DNA of 64,000 nucleotides from Nymphaea colorata (lineage: Eukaryota), in contig NC_045138.2 in assembly GCF_008831285.2 (NCBI RefSeq), forward strand, positions 16,616,001-16,680,000. Reading direction: 5' to 3'. Within the stretch, counting starts at the first letter, position 1, and each line of letters begins with the position of its first letter. Positions 13,601 to 26,014 of this stretch are shown in pieces. The position numbers and the translations under genes are program-made. Under the pieces are notes generated by a model. The model saw only the letters and a program-made list of their open reading frames with translations, was not told where the DNA came from and did no database searches.

Positions 13601-16600
13601 TCATTGGTCTCAAAATAGTAGACAGCACCACTTGGAAATATTGTTGGTAGCCATAATAAACATGGTAATACTCAAGCTTCTTATGCAATCATGGGAAGTA
13701 CATTTGATGATGTTGTTCCATGCTAACATCTTCAAAAGAGGACCAACCAGCTTGACTATTAGTACTGAAATCAGTGAGGAGACCAAGAATACAGCAATCT
13801 AGACTTCAGAGGATGAATCAAATAAAATTGAAAGGCATCAATGTGAAAACTAGTATTATCAACCAATGAATAACCAAAACCAATTGGGTGCTTTCCAAAT
13901 CATATGATCTACATATTAAAACAGAAGTAAATAAATTGACAGTGGGAAACATAAACAAGTCCTAATTTTTCTTACTTTTGTGTTCATTATTTTCATTTTC
14001 CTTCTTATAAGCCATATAATTCTCAGCGCTCCAAGAAGCTTGCAAATGTGGAGAACAAGAAAAGCTTCAACCACACCTAAAACCATACCTGCCAATACAT
14101 TCAAAACAAAATGCTTATCTGATAAAATGCAAGTTGATGCTGGAGCCGACTGTAATTTGATGATCCTTCTGAACCCATGGCCCAAAAAACCACCACATTT
14201 CTTGAGCTGAGCCAAATAGAGCCACATAAAATACCTGACAAAGCATTACCTTGAAGAATGGCTGCTAGGGAAGGACTAATGGTCAATGGAGATGACAAGA
14301 GACATGACCTTTTTGCAAACTGGAGAAGGCTTGTGGATGTAGAACTTGGTCACACTAACAACAGCAATGTCAAGTAGGCATCTGACCAAGAGATGGAATA
14401 GAAGCGAGGAGTTGAAGGGGTCATAGACGATAGGCTTGTGGCAGAAGAGGGAGTCAAGCGCAAACCAGCCATTGCCATAGAACTATAGGTCTATGAAGAG
14501 GAAGCGTGGGAGACAGGCAAGCAGTGTGGATGGAGAGAGAACAGTGTGTCGTAGAATAGTGTTCACATGTGAATCCCTAACATGCAAAAATAGTTTTCCC
14601 CAAAACATAAGTCTGACCCTGTGGGTTCAACAAAAATAAGGTGCAAAACAGGAACCATTTGATAAACTTTTTTTTGAAAAGTTTATTGATGTTTGATACA
14701 TTTTCTGCATTTCCACAAAGTCAGGAATATTTTCCCCTTAAGTGAACTTTTTCTGGGGCACCAAATGCCCTTTATGATTCAGTGAGGTGCTTGTCAAATT
14801 TCAAGCAATCTATTATTTGCTCGTTTTTTCAGTGGAAGTAGAATCTCTTCAATCCATAAAATTCCAGCATATCCCTTAGTATTTCTATGTTATTATCCAC
14901 TCCCACTTGTTTGCCAACCATGTTTGGTAGGTTTACCATTACCAATCTACAGTCATAAACCTGATACATGAGTCCTTTTCTTAAACATCCATCATGTTCC
15001 CATTTACTGGCCTTTAGTTGAATCCTAGTTACTGCACTACTTCTAGAAAAGACCAATTCAATCAAGAAAGTTTTTGACTATTGTGCTCTATTTAGAAAAC
15101 ATGGATTCCATTTATCCAGTCTCAAATTACCAAATATACAAATGATGTGCTTCAGACCCAAGATAGTGGTCCTAATTTCCAAGTGGGTCCTTCTATATGC
15201 AAAGAATTCCAGGTTTGCATGTATTTTGTTAGTTTGATTTCAACTGACCTTTATAACATAAGTACGTGCTTAGCTGATGCTTTGTTTGATTATTTTCAAT
15301 ATGACCTGAGTAACAACTCTTGCTATTGTCCTCATCTGGTGCTTCAAGTTTCACTGTGTTGGGATGAGAGTTGCTCATTTTGGTCTAATCATAGAGAAAG
15401 CTAAATGCAAATGAAAAAGTATATGTCACCCAGATTATATAATTTGTGTGGTGGCACACATAGCATATGGCTATAGTTAAAAGATCAACACAAGTTGCTT
15501 ATTCATATATTTACAACTGTAACGTCTTAAATTTTACACCACAAAGACGGTAAGGGCCTGTACATGAAAGGCATATCTAATGAGCCACTGGGTCTTCCTA
15601 AATCTCTTCTAGGGTGGTATTCCACTAGTTGACAAAATTAGGATCTTCATCTGATGTACCACAAGATCCACCAGCGTCTAAAAAGCAGATATGTTGGGGC
15701 CATTTTTTCGTCTTCACATTTACCTAACTGTTCTCCTGTCAGGCTGGCCATTTGTCTATCTTGTGTATTTTCTCAAGATATGTTTATTTTTCCATGTGAT
15801 TTTTTTTTGGGTGCTTTAATGGCAAGGTTTTGTCTAGTTGCATGACATAAATGGAATTTCCATGTATGTAACTTTGTCTACTATTTCCAATAGGTTATTA
15901 CTTACTTGGAAGGTGTTCGAAACCCATTTCCTTCATCAGACTATAACTTCTATGTTCTTATTGAGACAACTGGTAGCACCGAGTCACATGATAAGTGAGC
16001 TGATCTTTTCATGCTTATGAGAAAATTTTCCAGTTATTCATATGCTATTTTGAATATGCATCAGAATTCCTCATTATCCAATGTTGTAAACTTCTTAAAG
16101 CCAGTTTTACTTATCCACGAAGTTGTCAAACAACAGCCTGGAAGTGCGGATAATGAAGCGTGAAGGATCCATAACTGGGAGAATATACTTTCAGATGTTT
16201 CTTATATTTTCCATAATTCCTTGACTACGACTGGGTGGATGAACTGACAAACCTTTTTGGCTGATGCTTGTTCTCCAACATAATTTGAACTTTGCACATA
16301 ATCTTGCCTTTTCGCAGTGTATGTGTAGACACTGCTACTGTCCGGTTCTCAGTTTCTATTTGGAGGCGTAATTATGGGGAATTAGGCCTTAAACATTTCT
16401 TCAATCTCAAGCTCAAAATTTCTTGCAGAGCATCTGTTTTTGAACTTTGAATGTGTTTTATTGTGCTTTTTTCTCAATATTGAGGTAAAATTACATGCAT
16501 CAATCATGCAGGGAGAAGCTTGAATCTTTTCTCATGAAGTCTATGGAAGGTGGTTTGATTTCCGATGGTGTTGTAGCTCAAGACATGAACCAAACTTCTT

Positions 16601-19600
16601 CATTTTGGCGCATTCGCGAGGTATTTTGTGAAATAATTTCAAGAACAATCTACTGTCTGTAGCATTGTCTCCTCAATTTTGTTTCCTATGTTTATGGTGA
16701 AAACATTTTTTTTTCATGAATCTGTTACAGAGATAGGCTGTACAACCTTACTGAATGGCCTTTGTGTTTTTCTTCTGACAAAGATGTGTGTGTGTGCATT
16801 AGTCTATGCACTGATAAAGATGTTGTCATGCAATTTCATGTCAGAGTCATGTCACTTTTCAATGTCGTAGCTAATCATTGATAAACTAAACTACTGGCGT
16901 ACACAGAGCGATGCTTTATCAGAGCTTTCAAGGCTTTCCTTATGAATGTTGTCATCATTATATGTGATAACCATCTTTTGAGAATTGCACTCTATCTTGA
17001 GGCTAGTTTGTTGCGTTGTATGATTAAAAGAACAGTTGGATATTTTCTCGGAAGTTTTGGGATGTTCAATTTTCTGAATTCCAATTCATCTCCAATTTGT
17101 ATGGATCTTCAAGGAAGAGTTTATGCTAACAGGCTCTGATGATGTCTGGTCAGAACTCTCTTATTGCTATTAACTGTAAAGGGTATGACACCTAGATTTT
17201 CCGTTTGAAGAGAAAACAACCCTCAAACACCCTAAGAACTTGATTTTATTATCATTGACTGGTCTTGCATTTACAAGAATGAGGCTACTTATTTTATTGC
17301 TGCAATTTTATGAAAATGTGGATCTGAATCTTAGAGTAATTGCATCCATTTCCCACGACCAAATTACACTATTTTTTCTTCTGGATCCCAAATTCAGTGC
17401 CTTATGCTACTGACCCTGTGATTGACTTGATCCATAACAGAGGTGGGGTCATAACACTGAACCATGACCACGTGCTTGTCACATACCAATCTTGTTTCTT
17501 GACTTTTCCACCTAAAATTTGGTTGAAAGTTACTTCATTCACATTTAGGAGCTGCACATGTTTAAAAATCTCTTTTCCAATCATTGGCAGTATTTGATGC
17601 TATTTGCTGACTTGGTTATTAAAGTTGCCATTATTCAAATGGTCACATCTCTGCTGTATCACCTGCAACTGTCTTCCGTTTTTACTTCCTTGGTTCTTCT
17701 GCTATCATCTGTTGTTGATGAAATGTTCTTTAAGATAAATGTTTTATGAGCTTTACCAGTTAGTGCATTTTTTAACAATACTAGGACTATATCAGAGACC
17801 TCATAGCTAACTTGATTCATGGGCTCTTGAATTCATAGTCATTTTTTTTATTTAGGATGACTGGTTGGAGGACCTGCTGCTCTGGTACTTGTGGTTTTTC
17901 ATTATGCCTTAAACATCTCTTGCATTCATGTGTACAAGCAATCAGCCTTTTGACTTCTCTTTGAATTGTCTTTTTCATTTGTAATCTGGGTTTTTTCAAT
18001 ATTTGAAAATAGCATCCTTCTTCTGAAAACATCCTTTGCCTTTCAAGTTTATCATTTTAAAATTGCAAAAGAGGACCATTATCTGACCTTTCTTTTAGTT
18101 TCTTTATTTTCTAAATGGGTGACTTTAGTGTCTAAGGTATTCTCTTCCTGTCTGAGTTGGTGGACATATTTGTGCTCATGTGCATAACAGACACCTAGAG
18201 ATTTAAACATGACCTGTATATAATAGTTTTGTTGCTAAGAACAGAAATTGCTCAATTGGAAATTCTGCTTTGGATTATAAAGGTGGTAATTTTTCTGAAA
18301 CCAGTGCCACATAGTTACACCATGGAATCTGTTCAAAATTACAGCTTCCTTAATATTAGTTCTTCAGTGTTTTTTTTCCTCTTTCATGTCAAATGGTGCA
18401 GATCCACATGCTTGTTCTTTTTCTCCGCTCTGTTTCCCCAAAAATGCATTTAGATGGCTTGTCAATTGCAGGGAATTAGTGAAGCATTAGTCAGAGCAGG
18501 TGCTGTCTACAAGTACGATCTATCCTTGCCTGTTGAAAAAATTTATGAGATCGTGGAGGAAATGCGGTCAAGATTAGGTAATTAAATGTGCTTTCCCCAT
18601 TTATAAAAATTCAGGTTATTGTTTCTTCACAAACTTTTTACTTCCTGTATGGGCAATCGGTGTTTGCTTTTCTTGGAGACTCTTTCATCCTGTTGCCACT
18701 CTCCTCTAGTCATTCTGTAGGTGACTTGGTTCACATTTTATCAGGTCAGTCAGCAACAGTTTTGGGATATGGCCACCTTGGAGATGGTAATCTGCATCTG
18801 AATGTCTCTGTACCTGAATATGATGACAAAGTAACAGCAAAATCCCTTTGTGGTTCAATAATGAGATCTTGTGATCATATGCCTTGCCTTGATGCAATTA
18901 CTTGATAAATATAATGCACAGAGAAAAACTGACCCAGCTCTAACTCAAAACTTTCAGGTTTCTGCAAAAATTGAACCTTTTGTATATGAATGGACATCCA
19001 AGCATCGGGGAAGTATCAGTGCTGAACATGGACTTGGGCAGATGAAAGCCAATGAAATCCATTACAGCAAGCCTGTTGAAGCTGTAAAATTTATTTCCTT
19101 GGTTGCCTTTTTCTAAATAGATAATAAAGTACCCTTTATCGCCAAATGTTGTTAAAGGTGTTTCCTTAAACTAGGTATAAATTTCAAAATGGTGCATGTT
19201 AGTGAGTTAGAAAATAGCAATTTAGTTCCACATCTCCAAAAGTCAGTGACATTGAAAAGATTCATGATAGTTTCACAACGTTGCCTCTTCTGAAACATTA
19301 TCAGCGTGATAGGAAACTAAACATCTATTATAAAGCTAATTTATGTCATATTTCTTTTCGCGAATAATTGTTGCTTTTGTCTTTTTAAGTTCACAATGTC
19401 CCAAAAGCTCCACGATTATATCAAAAAATCCCTAAGTCCTGCAATATTGTTTTTGCATGCAATTAAATTCATCAGGAAGCATATTAGTCTGCTGCCTTTG
19501 GAAAACCAAAAAGAAAGGATTTCTATTCGTGATTGACCTGTGACGATAGTGCTCTTGAAGTTTGTCTTTGGTATTCAGAAGTTGCAGCTTCAATCCTAGA

Positions 19601-20003
19601 CAGCAAGTTCTGGTTGCTTGACTCGTAATAGAATATGAAGAATCTGGTATTCTGTCGTCTTTGCCTTCAAACCTAAAATTTATTTGACCACTTGAGAATC
19701 TTATGCTGCTAGCTCATGTTCTCAAATGTGGAGTTTATTTAAAACATGAAGGCCTACTTGTTCTGTTATTTTTGAAGTTCTCAGAATTTGCAATTCTTAA
19801 TCAATCTTACAAATTTATTTCCTTTGTGTGCCGATGGGTGTGGCACTCTTGCATGCATCGTACAAGTTTGTGCATTTTTCTTCCTATTTTCTAATTCTTT
19901 GTGTGCATATCAGGTTCAACTCATGGCTTCCATAAAGAAGCTGTTGGATCCCAATGGAATAATGAACCCATACAAAGTTCTTCCTCAGTCCGTACTTTGC
20001 TAA
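3080..20003 (+). CDS. D2HGDH: D-2-hydroxyglutarate dehydrogenase, mitochondrial (FAD-linked oxidase), about 552 aa, 15 coding exons
   Basis: Exons 3080-3194, 3308-3606, 4524-4625, 7090-7137, 8150-8220, 8770-8888, 10019-10114, 10207-10316, 12182-12262, 15894-15994, 16512-16620, 18472-18577, 18745-18830, 18958-19083 and 19914-20003 join in frame (1659 nt). Motifs: [95 protein letters not shown]. The N-terminus is Arg-rich and transit-peptide-like. The start codon and exon 1 are less certain than the rest. Confidence 0.95.
4921..5634. mobile_element. Degenerate hAT-like non-autonomous element(s) in D2HGDH intron 3, probably nested
   Basis: Outer ends TATTGTCACA...TGTGACATTG and inner ends near 5159 (CTAAGTCACATGGG) and 5524 (CCCATGTGATATAG). 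Same TGTCACA terminal family as 11491-11824 and 56435-56743. No clear TSD on the outer element. Confidence 0.55.
5635..5679. repeat. Perfect 22-bp inverted repeat with a 1-nt spacer
   Basis: ATCTAACCTTATAAGATCTTGA-C-TCAAGATCTTATAAGGTTAGAT, read directly. Confidence 0.95.
11491..11824. mobile_element. hAT-type MITE (334 bp) in D2HGDH intron 8
   Basis: Perfect 10-bp TIRs CATTGTCACA / TGTGACAATG, flanked by an 8-bp TSD GTTGTATC / GTTGTACC (7/8). Confidence 0.85.
12726..14771. mobile_element. Putative PIF/Harbinger-type non-autonomous element (about 2 kb) in D2HGDH intron 9
   Basis: Terminal inverted repeats GGGCATTTGATG ... CACCAAATGCCC with TTA next to both ends. No recognisable transposase inside. 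Confidence 0.5.
12796..13235. mobile_element. hAT-type MITE with GAGCTCGAG-like subterminal repeats, nested in the element above
   Basis: Ends TAAGGGTGATCAATGAG ... GGTGAACACCCCCA, with an 8-bp TSD GGGACAGG / GTGACAGG (7/8). Confidence 0.7.
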
Positions 20004-20476
20004 AGGTAACGTAACTTTGGCTGATTGCAGAGTTCCTTGTTATGCTTTCCGTACATCGTTTTCTGGAATTTAATGCTCATGTGTTAGCATAACAAAATCA
20101 CTGTTCCTCTTTTGGGTGATAATTGACAATATATTCTGGTTTCTCATGCTAATGGATTGATTAAAGGTGCACCATGTTCGTTATTGAATAAACCGTGCAT
20201 TGTGCTTTTGAATCACTGAACACAATAAGGTCGCAAATGTAACATCTGTATGTTACTGTATCATTTATTATCTATTGCTGAAAATACTTGAAGTCACCAG
20301 GCACCAGTTGTGCTGAAGCATCATATTTAACCATCTAATAACAAAGGATTGGGATCTCCCTCGCTGTCTTCCTCTCTCTCACACACCGTGTGTGCAAACA
20401 TGTTCATGCACCGCACAGACCCACATTCAAAGGGACACGAGGGGGTTATTCTTCGGCTTTATCTTAAAACGAGGCA

Positions 20477-20618
20477 ATTCGAGCTGACTTCAAGTTTTAA
20501 GAGTTCAAGCCGAGTTGAGCTCGAGCTAATGAAATCAAACTCAACTCGAGCTCGAACCGAGTTCGAATTTCTTTCAAAACACTCGAGCTGAGTTCGAGCT
20601 GGCTCGTGAACATCCCTA
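20477..20618. mobile_element. Truncated MITE (right end) of the same GAGCTCGAG family
   Basis: Dense CGAGCT/AACTCG repeats ending in GGCTCGTGAACATCCCTA, which matches the right ends at 13235 and 43550. Confidence 0.65.
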
Positions 20619-20621
20619 CTG

Positions 20622-20740
20622 AAGTGAATCACGAATGCATCATTGATACCAAATTGAGCAACAGAGTTATGCAGCTATGAACACAAGTGAATCATATACA
20701 TTGTTGTTACCAAATTAAGCAACAAAGTTATATAGCTATG
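20622..20740. repeat. Degenerate tandem duplication, about 60 bp x2
   Basis: AAGTGAATCA...TACCAAATT(G/A)AGCAACA(G/A)AGTTAT..AGCTATG occurs twice. Confidence 0.8.
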
Positions 20741-22112
20741 GATTTTCATGTGGTTTAGACTAATTCACACTTGTATATGCATCAAGCTTCCAAGTGAAGT
20801 GAAAGAGAGGATCATTACTCGCCGCTTGGAAAAGCCCTTCTCCTATGTTTCCCACCTTTAGGTCCTTGGGTTTTATCAGCATTAGGCAATAAACCTTAAG
20901 TTAGGTGCTTAGCCCTGCCACTTAAGATGTAAAGGCGTAACGCTCATGGCAATTGAATTAAAGACACTTCTCTCCAGTCTGGTAAGCAACCAGTCTCCAC
21001 TTTGATTCCTCGGGGGTGAATTCTCTTTGTTGCAAACGAGAGGTCATCGACACACAAGTTGAAAAGTGGTGAAGATAGCATATCTAGGCATTGATGCAGG
21101 CTTTGTACCCTGGAAGATGAGAGGTTGGGTGAAGGCTTCGACCTTCTTTTGGTAGTGAATCAAACCCTGATCATCCAATACTTATTTTTTTATGTAAAAT
21201 TTTGCAATAAAATATGTGCATTAAAAAGATCTGCTGCTTCTACCATCATAGCACTCCTGAACAGTTTCAATCGGCTTGATTTTCTTGGCTGAGGATCCAC
21301 ATCTGAATTTACAATAGTATGATGATTTTTTTCAATCCCAGCCTACCACTTTAACTGCCACCGTACTCGATGTTGCTTTTTAACCTTTCAAGTATGATTT
21401 GGCGGGTCCAATATCCCTTCTTAATCTAAACATTATTTACCAAAGAAATCATACCATGCTGCAATGACTCTACTGAGCTTTCCACGACAATCAAGGAACT
21501 TGTTGAGTCAGATATCACTTGCCCAAATTGGGATTCATAATGAATTCGTATCTCGGAGATATCACCAACAATTACACTCAAATAAATCCTATTGTTTAAC
21601 AAATGCCATTTCAACATGGAGTATATATGTAATAAATTTCTAACTGGTTTATGTATAACTGAAGTATTGATATAGTAGAAGTTTAGAATATAAAATGGTG
21701 AAATAATTTAAATCAATGTTACTTTGGTTTCTATCTTATTCAATTACAAATTAAAAATATTGTTAAAAAAAGAGGATTCTTTTTGTAAAGTTTATTTCTA
21801 ACTAGTATAAGTTCCCAACATTTGTATCTAATCGAGTCCGTTCTTTATTGAATCTCGGTTAGATGATGGACTTGGATCCGTGTCGGGTTATAAAACAGAA
21901 CCAGATTTGAACTGATTAGTAATTGGATTTGAATATCTTTACCGTATCTAAGTAAACATATTCAAAATCAAATCAATTGGTAATCAGGTCTGCCCAATGC
22001 ATTTACATCCCTAATTGTGAGATCTGATCTAAATAATAAATGAAGGTTTCACAGATCTCGTCATTGATCCATTTTGGCTGCATCGTGTGGATTGCAGAAG
22101 TGGCCAATAAAA

Positions 22113-22700
22113 TCCATATCCAATTCGCCTATCTACTTGTTCATGTACCCGAAATCCCAATTGCCCTTGGATTTTGAGACTGTAGGGACGCAAATGGATC
22201 AAATCTGAATAAGCCAAATACACATGAAACCGGACCCGGTACATCCATATACAAAGCCGATCAGCCTCCTTAAGGACATTTTGGTCATTTACTTGGTACC
22301 TTAATGGCATACACGTAGGCGCCAACTCCGCCTAGTTGAGAGAAAGATAATATTTGACTCGACGAAGGGCATTCTCGACATTGTGAAGGTAGAAAAATTT
22401 TCGCTTGATTTTCTAAAAAATAAAAAGACAAATTTTTCTCTTCAATAGTGCAGATGGGTGGTGTCGACATTTTCTATTTTTATAAAAAATAAAAAAATCT
22501 TATTTTAAACTACATGAACTTTTTTATGTGTTTACAAATATACCCCTCTGAGTGCGACGGTTGAACATTTAAAAGGGAATTTTTATTACCCTTCAAATAC
22601 TCGTTGGTTTTCGCCAACCATTTCAAAAGGAAAAACTTTTCAAACAAATAATCGATTATAATAGAAAAAAAAGGAAATGCAATTCTTTAATATTATTAGA
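22113..22700 (+). repeat. Copy A of an approximately 600-bp diverged direct repeat flanking the UBC gene
   Basis: Colinear similarity with 25243-25865, e.g. TAGGGA(C/T)GCAAA, CCGGTACA, AAAGCCGA, ACCTTAATG(G/A)CATACAC, TTTTATGTGTTTAC, ATACTCG(T/C)TGGTT. Confidence 0.8.
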
Positions 22701-23190
22701 CATGCACCAAGGTTGTGCACTTTTAACCGAAAATTAAATTTAACGACACTAAATAATGTTGGTATAAAATTAAATATCACATTGAAACAAGCTAAAGTAA
22801 GGCAAACTATATGCATTTATTTTTAAAATCTAAATCTTTGGGCATGATTAAAAAATAAAACTCTTTAACTAAAGACACCATAAATTGTTACCACCGTGAG
22901 ACATCTCAAATGCTGGCATTGCGCCAAAGTTCATTACCGTAATATTTACTTTTTCAAAGCCCTAAAGGTAAACTTGACGACGATATGTAATAATAAATAT
23001 AAAAGAGTTACTTCCCGCTCACGCCAAAGGTTAAATCTGTAAATTACTGAGTCCACACAATCAGACAACCTCCAACTGCTCTTTAAAAATTGCTAAGCTT
23101 CCTTCGTTTTCACATCGTTGTCTCCCGCCCTCCTTCTCTGTCTCTCTCTCTCTCGCTTTTTCTCTCTCTCTCTTTCTCTGAGCAGAGGCC

Positions 23191-24912
23191 ATGAGTTGCT
23201 CTACCTCTCGCAAGGTTCTGCCACCAGTCGAACTCTAAGATCTAATTCTGATTCTGTTTCATTCTTCTTTGCCATCTCTTGTTGTAGTCTTCTTTCGTCG
23301 TTTTCCTTGGAAGAAGCTGACTCTCTCTTCTGTCCTTTTTGCGTTTGACATTTCTTGGTGCAGAGTCTCAGTAAGGCAGCATGCCTCCGCATCCAGAAGG
23401 AGCTAATGGAATGGGAGGCTAGTCCTCCTCCCGGCTTTAAGCATAAGGTCTCCGACGATCTTCAGAGGTATGTCTCCAGTCTCCGGTTTTTACCGAAATT
23501 TCTCTGTTTTCCGTTGCATGGAGGCATTCTGACTTGTTTTTGGGTCTTTGAATCTCAATTGTGTGTTAAGCTGGGTCGTTGAGGTGGTCGGGGCTCCCGG
23601 AACGCTGTACGCAAGCGAAACATACCAGCTTCAGCTTGATTTTCCCGAGAATTATCCGATGGAGGCGCCGCAGGTTTTTGTTGGGGTTCTTATCGCTCTT
23701 TTTCGGGAATTTTCTTCTTGAGTTTCGTTTAGTTTGTAGAATTGAAGCGTTCTTGTTCTTTTTTACTCATTTCTCAGGTGATTTTTCTCCATCCGGCGCC
23801 TATGCATCCGCACATTTACAGTAATGGTCATATTTGCTTAGGTGATCTTGGTGGTCTTATATGTTCGAGTTCTTCTTTCTACCTTCCTCTCTGTTGAAGG
23901 GTTTCGGAATTTCTCTTGGTTCTCGTAGTATTTTTGTTTTCTTTCTCCTTTCCCATTTACGTTTGTTGCTTTTTATCAACTTCCTTGTGAATGTCTTTTT
24001 TGCTGTTTGACTGCATTGCTTTGATTTAATTTTCTGGAAGTAGCGACTGTTGGCTTATGGGGCTATTAGCTTAATATGCTGAGATTCTTTCTAAAATTTG
24101 AAGTCTGTTTCTGGATATGCGCATCTTCGATGACGCCATTTATACTATGTCCATGACTATCAGGTATATAGCAAGGGAAGCCAAACCAATTTCATGGATT
24201 GTAAGGCTTTCCAGAACGAACATGTGAAACTAAGTAGCAGGAGATTTCTGACCCATATTCATGGTTCACTTCTGTAACCTACGAGGGAACAGATTAGTGA
24301 ATGACTGAAACTATCATACTAATGCGAAGTTTAGTTTAAGCTAACACGGATAGGTGAGGTTGTTTTTGTTTTGATATGAGGTTGTAACTTTATGAATCGG
24401 CTAAATGCGCAAGAGATCATAGTGGCTGGTGAGTGAATTAAAGGGTGAACGACGCCCAATGAGTTCAACTTGTATATCTTTTGCTTTCCTGGTAGTGAGT
24501 TTGATAATTGTCTTTTACTGTATATAATTTCCAAGGTTGTAGTCTTTGTGAGTTTTATAATTTGGTAAAGAAACATATTATATGTTTCATGAAATTGCAG
24601 CAATCAACTAATGCTCTTGTCAATCAGATATCCTGTATGATTCCTGGACCGCAGCCATGACTGTGAGTTCTATCTGTGTCAGCATTCTTTCTATGCTCTC
24701 AAGTTCCCCTGCAAAGGTTCCCCTCCACTGCATAAATTTTTCCACATACTATCAGTTGGAACGCCATCATGATCAGGACCTGCCTAATTTGTTACTGTTT
24801 CTCATTTTGCCTGCAGCAACGCCCTGCGAATGACAAACGCTACGTGAGGAACTGCCGCTTTGGTAGATCTCCAAAGGAGACGAGATGGCTGTTCCATGAT
24901 GAAAAAGTGTAG
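23191..24912 (+). CDS. Ubiquitin-conjugating enzyme E2, UBE2W / Arabidopsis UBC15-18 group, 159 aa, 6 exons
   Basis: Exons 23191-23214, 23364-23467, 23571-23673, 23778-23841, 24628-24716 and 24817-24912 join in frame (480 nt). Motifs: RIQKELMEW, GAPGTLYA, YPMEAPQVIFLHPAPMHPHIYSNGHICLDILYDSW (HPH instead of HPN, with the catalytic Cys), and C-terminal GRSPKETRWLFHDEKV*. Confidence 0.95.
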
Positions 24913-25242
24913 ATGATGCTGAAGCAAATCCTGGGTAGACCATGGTCTCCCTAAATTTCATTTCAAATTGCATACTACTAGTTATTTCAACACTGCCAAT
25001 CTCAAGTATGTCTAGGAATATACAAATCTCCTAGTATATTGTCGGAGAACGATGTACTTAACAACCAATGTACTCAATTGAAAAGATAAGATAATATTTC
25101 TCAAATAAGTCTTGTGATCTCTGTAATCTCCCTGTTTGGTCCCTTTTTTCTCGGACTTTTGATGAATAATTTGAACACCAAAATTGACTGTTCCTCCCTA
25201 AAATGCTCATGCGCATCGTGAACCATTTAAAGAGACAACTGC

Positions 25243-26014
25243 TTCATCCAGTTCGCCGATCTACCTGTTCTTGTTCATAAATGTGGCCCGAAATTCCAAT
25301 CGACCTTGACATTCAAACTATAGGGATGCAAACAGATCAAATTTGAATCAGCTAAATATACAGGAAATCTGAGCCGGTACAACCACAAATAGAAGGTGGC
25401 CCAAATATAAAGCCGACCATCTTCCTTGATGATATTTTTGCTCACTCACTTTGTCACCTTAATGACATACACTTGGGTGACAACCCACATGGCGTGGTTG
25501 AACCAAAGGTAATAATGGACTTGATGAAGGACATTCTGACTTCCAAGCATTGTAGTAGAAGCATTTTTTCTTAAAAAGGACGTGATTGTGGCTTCTCTTC
25601 TCTAATAAATACGGGATTGATGTTTCCTTTTCGTCGATAAAAAAGAAAAAAAGCAAATGCTATTTCAAATCCTATGTGCTTTTTATGTGTTTACTCATAC
25701 GCCCCAGCCACGGTTCAGATATTTAAGAAGGAATATTTATTCACGAAAAAAACACATTAGATACTCGCTGGTTGTCACGCGACTTTCCGAAAGTTAAAAA
25801 AACAGAAAACTTTACAATGAAAGAATATAATAGAAAAAAAAATTAACTTTTTTATATTGTTAAAAAACAAAGCACCTTTGATTAGATAGGTCTGTTTGTG
25901 AGTTACAGGTGCTATGTTTTTGAAGCATAACCAGTTTAGAGATCTCAAGTGTGTCTAGAAATGTACTAATGTTCTATTGGAGATCACAATGTACTCAACA
26001 ACCAGTATACTTAA
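25243..26014 (+). pseudogene. Remnant of a tandem UBC duplicate: upstream-region copy plus a 3'-UTR fragment, coding sequence missing
   Basis: 25243-25865 resembles 22113-22700 (UBC upstream). 25942-26014 (ATCTCAAGTGTGTCTAGAAAT...ATGTACTCAACAACCA) resembles the UBC 3' UTR at 24999-25077 (ATCTCAAGTATGTCTAGGAAT...ATGTACTTAACAACCA). Confidence 0.55.

Noticed and set aside
13916..14227. ORFs inside the putative PIF element as a transposase remnant
   Set aside because: No DDE or Myb-like motifs are recognisable in the listed frames.
20800..21620. Possible pseudogene between D2HGDH and UBC
   Set aside because: The frames I translated have frequent stops and no family I recognise. A TBLASTX search would be needed.
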